Shown here: positions 61,079 through 64,000 of the stretch, one piece after another
Layout: the number at the start of each line of letters is the position of its first letter
Position numbering within the stretch: position 1 is the stretch's first letter
Source of the DNA: an uncultured Phycisphaerales bacterium
Lineage (GTDB): Bacteria > Planctomycetota > Phycisphaerae > Tepidisphaerales > Tepidisphaeraceae
NCBI GenBank assembly: GCA_963758525.1
Contig: CAVWVQ010000003.1
Span: 672,001 to 736,000 of the forward strand
Reading direction: 5' to 3'
DNA: 64,000 nucleotides
Position numbers and translations under genes: made by a program
Notes under the pieces: generated by a model
Database searches by the model: none
Told to the model about the DNA's origin: nothing
What the model saw: only the letters and a program-made list of their open reading frames with translations

Positions 61079-64000
61079 TCAATTTACCGGGACATTGGTG
61101 ACGTTGAGCACCTTGTTCGTTGGGATGCTCCCAGAGCGATCGGAGATAAACGCGGCTCGGCGCTGGACGACCAGTTCCGGAGCGGCGGTTCCGGCGTTCC
61201 GCCATCCTTGCACCAGCACATAGGTCGTGAATGAGTCGGAGCGCACGGTGATGAGATTGCTGATGCGGTTGAAGGCGAGGAACTCCTTCTCAAAATCGCC
61301 GGGCACCTGGTCGGCGGCCGGGAACGTGAAGGGGGCGAGGTCGCCGTCGATTGGGCCGCTATCGGTTTTCTGACTGGGCGTGCTTGTATAGAGGGGGTTG
61401 CCCGGACGAAACGGATTGAAGCCGTTCAGGGGAGTGCTGGCAAGCGTCGTCCGGAAATTGGGGACGCCGTTGAGTTCCAGAATGCTCTTGAACGGCCCAT
61501 GCCCCACAACCCCGGCGGCGGTGTTGCCGTCACGATATTGAACGATCGCCTTGGCGAGCATGACGTTGTCTGCTGGATTAGCGGCTAATGGAAGTGTCGC
61601 CAAAACGCGCCAGGGGGCGGTGTTGATATTGATCAGCCCGTCGATGGGGGCGTTGTCTTCGGTTGTCGTGGATGAGTTGTAGTACGCGTTGACTACGCTC
61701 GGCTTGACGTTGGCGATGGCTTGCCGGGTTGTCGGGCTATTTTCAGCGCCGACGTTCTGCATGTAGTCGTCCGCCGGACCAGCGACGGTGAGGAAGTCGA
61801 ACAAACGCGTCGCAAAGTGGTAGGCGCTCGGTGTCGCGCTGGCTTTGGTGGCAAAGTCATCATACAGACCGGCGGGAGTGCAATCGTCGGGGTGAATCGG
61901 GCAGAACCGGCCGACGTTTTCGGCGCCATTGTCCGAGTCGATCTGGTCGTCGGCAAACGCCGAATCCATCGTCACGGGGTTGTACTCGACTGTCTTTGGC
62001 GTCACGCTGTTATTGACGGTCCCGTCCGCGTTGAGCGAAACGATATCGATGCGGTATGCGCCGATATATGTTGTTTGCAGAATGTCGCCATTGCGCGCGA
62101 ATTGGCCGAAGGGGTACTGGCTGCTCGCCGTACCTTTGGGACCGCCAAAATCAGTGTTGTTGATCTGAATCGGAAATCCTTTTGTGGCAAAGCTGGGGTC
62201 CGCGGGCGCGGCGTTGGCGGCGCCGAGAACGGCTGGGGTAAGCGTCGCGCCAGGCATGACTGATGTCGCGAAGAGGCGCGAGGTCGGAATCTGTGCGCTC
62301 GCGGCGGTGACAGCAGTCGGCGAGGTATTGTCGGAGACCTTTCTGTCGTAGGTGTACGGATAGACAAAGTACCAGTTGTGCGTCGCCTGATCGCTGGGGC
62401 GGATATAGTGCCACTCGGCGCTGTGCGGATTGTCCGCGGTCGGCAGCGGCAAGCCCGCGAAATCGTAGGAATCGACCGGAACCAAATCAGAAGTTTTCTT
62501 GACTTCGTCGTAGACGTTGTTGGGATCGGCCGAGCTGGCGCCGAGGTATCCGTTGACCACATCCCGGGGACGAAGCAGAATCAACTCCTGATTCATTGCT
62601 GTGGCCAGCAGCGGCAAATAGACGAAAGTTGCGCCCGGATCAACGGTCAAATTCTTCGGAAGAGAGGCTTGATCCTGGGAGGCAAAGACGACGTACTTAT
62701 GGGCTCCGATAGTCGTGCCGAGCCCGGGCGCCGCAGACAGATCGGTGTTGGCGGGGTCCAGGGGCTTAACGACGAGCTGAGTGCTGCCGCGGGTGACAAT
62801 CGCCCATTGCCAGTTTTTGATGTTGATGGCGTTGTCATAGGGATTGTAGATGACGACGGCAACGATCCCGCCGTTTGCGGCGTTGGCGTCGTTGTTCGCG
62901 TAGACCTCTGTGATGTAGGCCTGCTGGCCGGTGCCGTACAGCGTGACGCGATAGTGCAGACTGGTCGCCGAGGGTTGAGTGGTCGAGGAGGATGACGAGG
63001 AAGAGCTGGCGCCCGGACCGGACGGTTCGGAAGGCCACGCCGGCGCGTTTGGATCGCCTATCGCGTAGAATTTGTCTGCGGTCGATTTGACGGCAGTGGG
63101 AGCTCCCCACTGCATGGCATCGGAACTGAACTCGCTGTCGCAGATATAGATATTGGCTGAAGAACTCACGCCCGACCCCGTAGCGCCATTCAGAACGCCG
63201 TTGCCCCACCCCCAAATGTAGTTGCCGGTAATATTCAGATCCAGATCGCCCATGATCTCGATCGCGGATTTTGCCCAGCGGTCCATCGCCGTGTCCGGGC
63301 CGCTCTGGATCAACGTGTTGCCGCTGATGGTAATGTGTTCGCCGTACTGCCCCCAGCCGCTTCCCGACTGCTGCGGGCCAGTGGCACACGAGATGCCCAT
63401 GTGTGAGTCGATGCCATTGTTGGGATCGAGATTGGGAAGCCAGTCGCTCATCCAGTTGTTGCTCACGGTCAGATGCTGCATCCCGTTCTGCAGTTCGATG
63501 CCGATCCGGGTCGCGTGGGTGATGATATTGTTTGAAATGTCCGTGGTGTTGTTGATCGCGATCATGTGGATCGGTTCCCACGTATTGTCGAAGGTGTTGT
63601 TGTCAAAAGTGTTGTTGTCGCCCGGGTAGCCGAAGACTCCTTCCTGCGACACATTTGTGAACGTGTTGTTGTCGAAATGGCTGTCGTGAGCGCCGTCGAC
63701 CCAGATTCCGCGATAAATGTTGGTGAAAGTATTGTCGTGAACATTGACGCCCGAGCCGGAGAAGTAGAGCTCGCAGCCGGTGATGGTGAAGCCGGAAAAC
63801 TCGGTGGTGCTTCCGCCGGCGAAGCTGCCCAGGCGAATATAGTTCTGGTGCGGATTTCCCGTGGCCCAGGCGAGGGTTGCGCCGCCGGAGTTGGTGGTGG
63901 TTGACGAACCGCTGCTGGAAACGGCTCCGCCCAGACCAATCTGGCGTGAAAGAATCCGCGTATTGTTGCCGCGAAGCTGCTGCGAATTCATCGCGGCGAT
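61079..64000 (-). CDS. Large extracellular protein, C-terminal part only: PilX/GspK-like C-terminus with HhH-type 'ININTA' motif and an internal parallel beta-helix domain
   Basis: Frame is open to the window end; GLININTAPWRVL..LP, LAKAIVQYR, PF.SI.EL, ISNLITVRSDSFT.Y..VQ; repeated F/I-x-N-N-T-F/I turns at ~63.0-63.9 kb. Confidence 0.65.
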   Translation of the reverse strand: MAAMNSQQLRGNNTRILSRQIGLGGAVSSSGSSTTTNSGGATLAWATGNPHQNYIRLGSFAGGSTTEFSGFTITGCELYFSGSGVNVHDNTFTNIYRGIWVDGAHDSHFDNNTFTNVSQEGVFGYPGDNNTFDNNTFDNTWEPIHMIAINNTTDISNNIITHATRIGIELQNGMQHLTVSNNWMSDWLPNLDPNNGIDSHMGISCATGPQQSGSGWGQYGEHITISGNTLIQSGPDTAMDRWAKSAIEIMGDLDLNITGNYIWGWGNGVLNGATGSGVSSSANIYICDSEFSSDAMQWGAPTAVKSTADKFYAIGDPNAPAWPSEPSGPGASSSSSSSSTTQPSATSLHYRVTLYGTGQQAYITEVYANNDANAANGGIVAVVIYNPYDNAINIKNWQWAIVTRGSTQLVVKPLDPANTDLSAAPGLGTTIGAHKYVVFASQDQASLPKNLTVDPGATFVYLPLLATAMNQELILLRPRDVVNGYLGASSADPNNVYDEVKKTSDLVPVDSYDFAGLPLPTADNPHSAEWHYIRPSDQATHNWYFVYPYTYDRKVSDNTSPTAVTAASAQIPTSRLFATSVMPGATLTPAVLGAANAAPADPSFATKGFPIQINNTDFGGPKGTASSQYPFGQFARNGDILQTTYIGAYRIDIVSLNADGTVNNSVTPKTVEYNPVTMDSAFADDQIDSDNGAENVGRFCPIHPDDCTPAGLYDDFATKASATPSAYHFATRLFDFLTVAGPADDYMQNVGAENSPTTRQAIANVKPSVVNAYYNSSTTTEDNAPIDGLININTAPWRVLATLPLAANPADNVMLAKAIVQYRDGNTAAGVVGHGPFKSILELNGVPNFRTTLASTPLNGFNPFRPGNPLYTSTPSQKTDSGPIDGDLAPFTFPAADQVPGDFEKEFLAFNRISNLITVRSDSFTTYVLVQGWRNAGTAAPELVVQRRAAFISDRSGSIPTNKVLNVTNVPVN

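Overview
GC-rich bacterial DNA, most likely Planctomycetota (Phycisphaerae/Tepidisphaerales-like; inferred from H-X9-DG prepilin-type genes, a PVC-type CxxCH dehydrogenase-domain protein, DUF1080 and the repeat families). Positions ~1.3-54.1 kb are a large glycan-utilisation region with no SusC/SusD and no sulfatase recognised: two GH29, GH95-like/DUF5703, GH43, GH3, GH28, CE12-like, two beta-helix proteins, a Na+/solute symporter, a Gfo/Idh/MocA oxidoreductase, a LacI regulator, and an embedded MNT-HEPN toxin-antitoxin pair. Two structures stand out. (1) A strictly alternating array at 14.7-20.3 kb of four copies of an uncharacterised ~165-aa membrane-anchored Asp-box/CPDG protein and three closely related prepilin-type (DUF1559-like) proteins. 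(2) Five diverged paralogues of a secreted heparinase II/III-like protein, three of them co-directional and downstream of the array with an esterase and two paralogous unknown hydrolases. Together they suggest a pilin-based glycan capture and degradation system (inference). A tRNA-Arg(ACG) at 54.1 kb separates this from housekeeping-like genes (galE, aldo/keto reductase, DUF1080, asnS, acyltransferase-3) and a truncated large pilus-associated-like gene that appears to carry an inserted beta-helix domain. At least 11 reading-frame breaks, many at short homopolymers, suggest uncorrected long-read errors, so split genes are reported as single loci. Family assignments come from motif recognition by eye, not from database searches.
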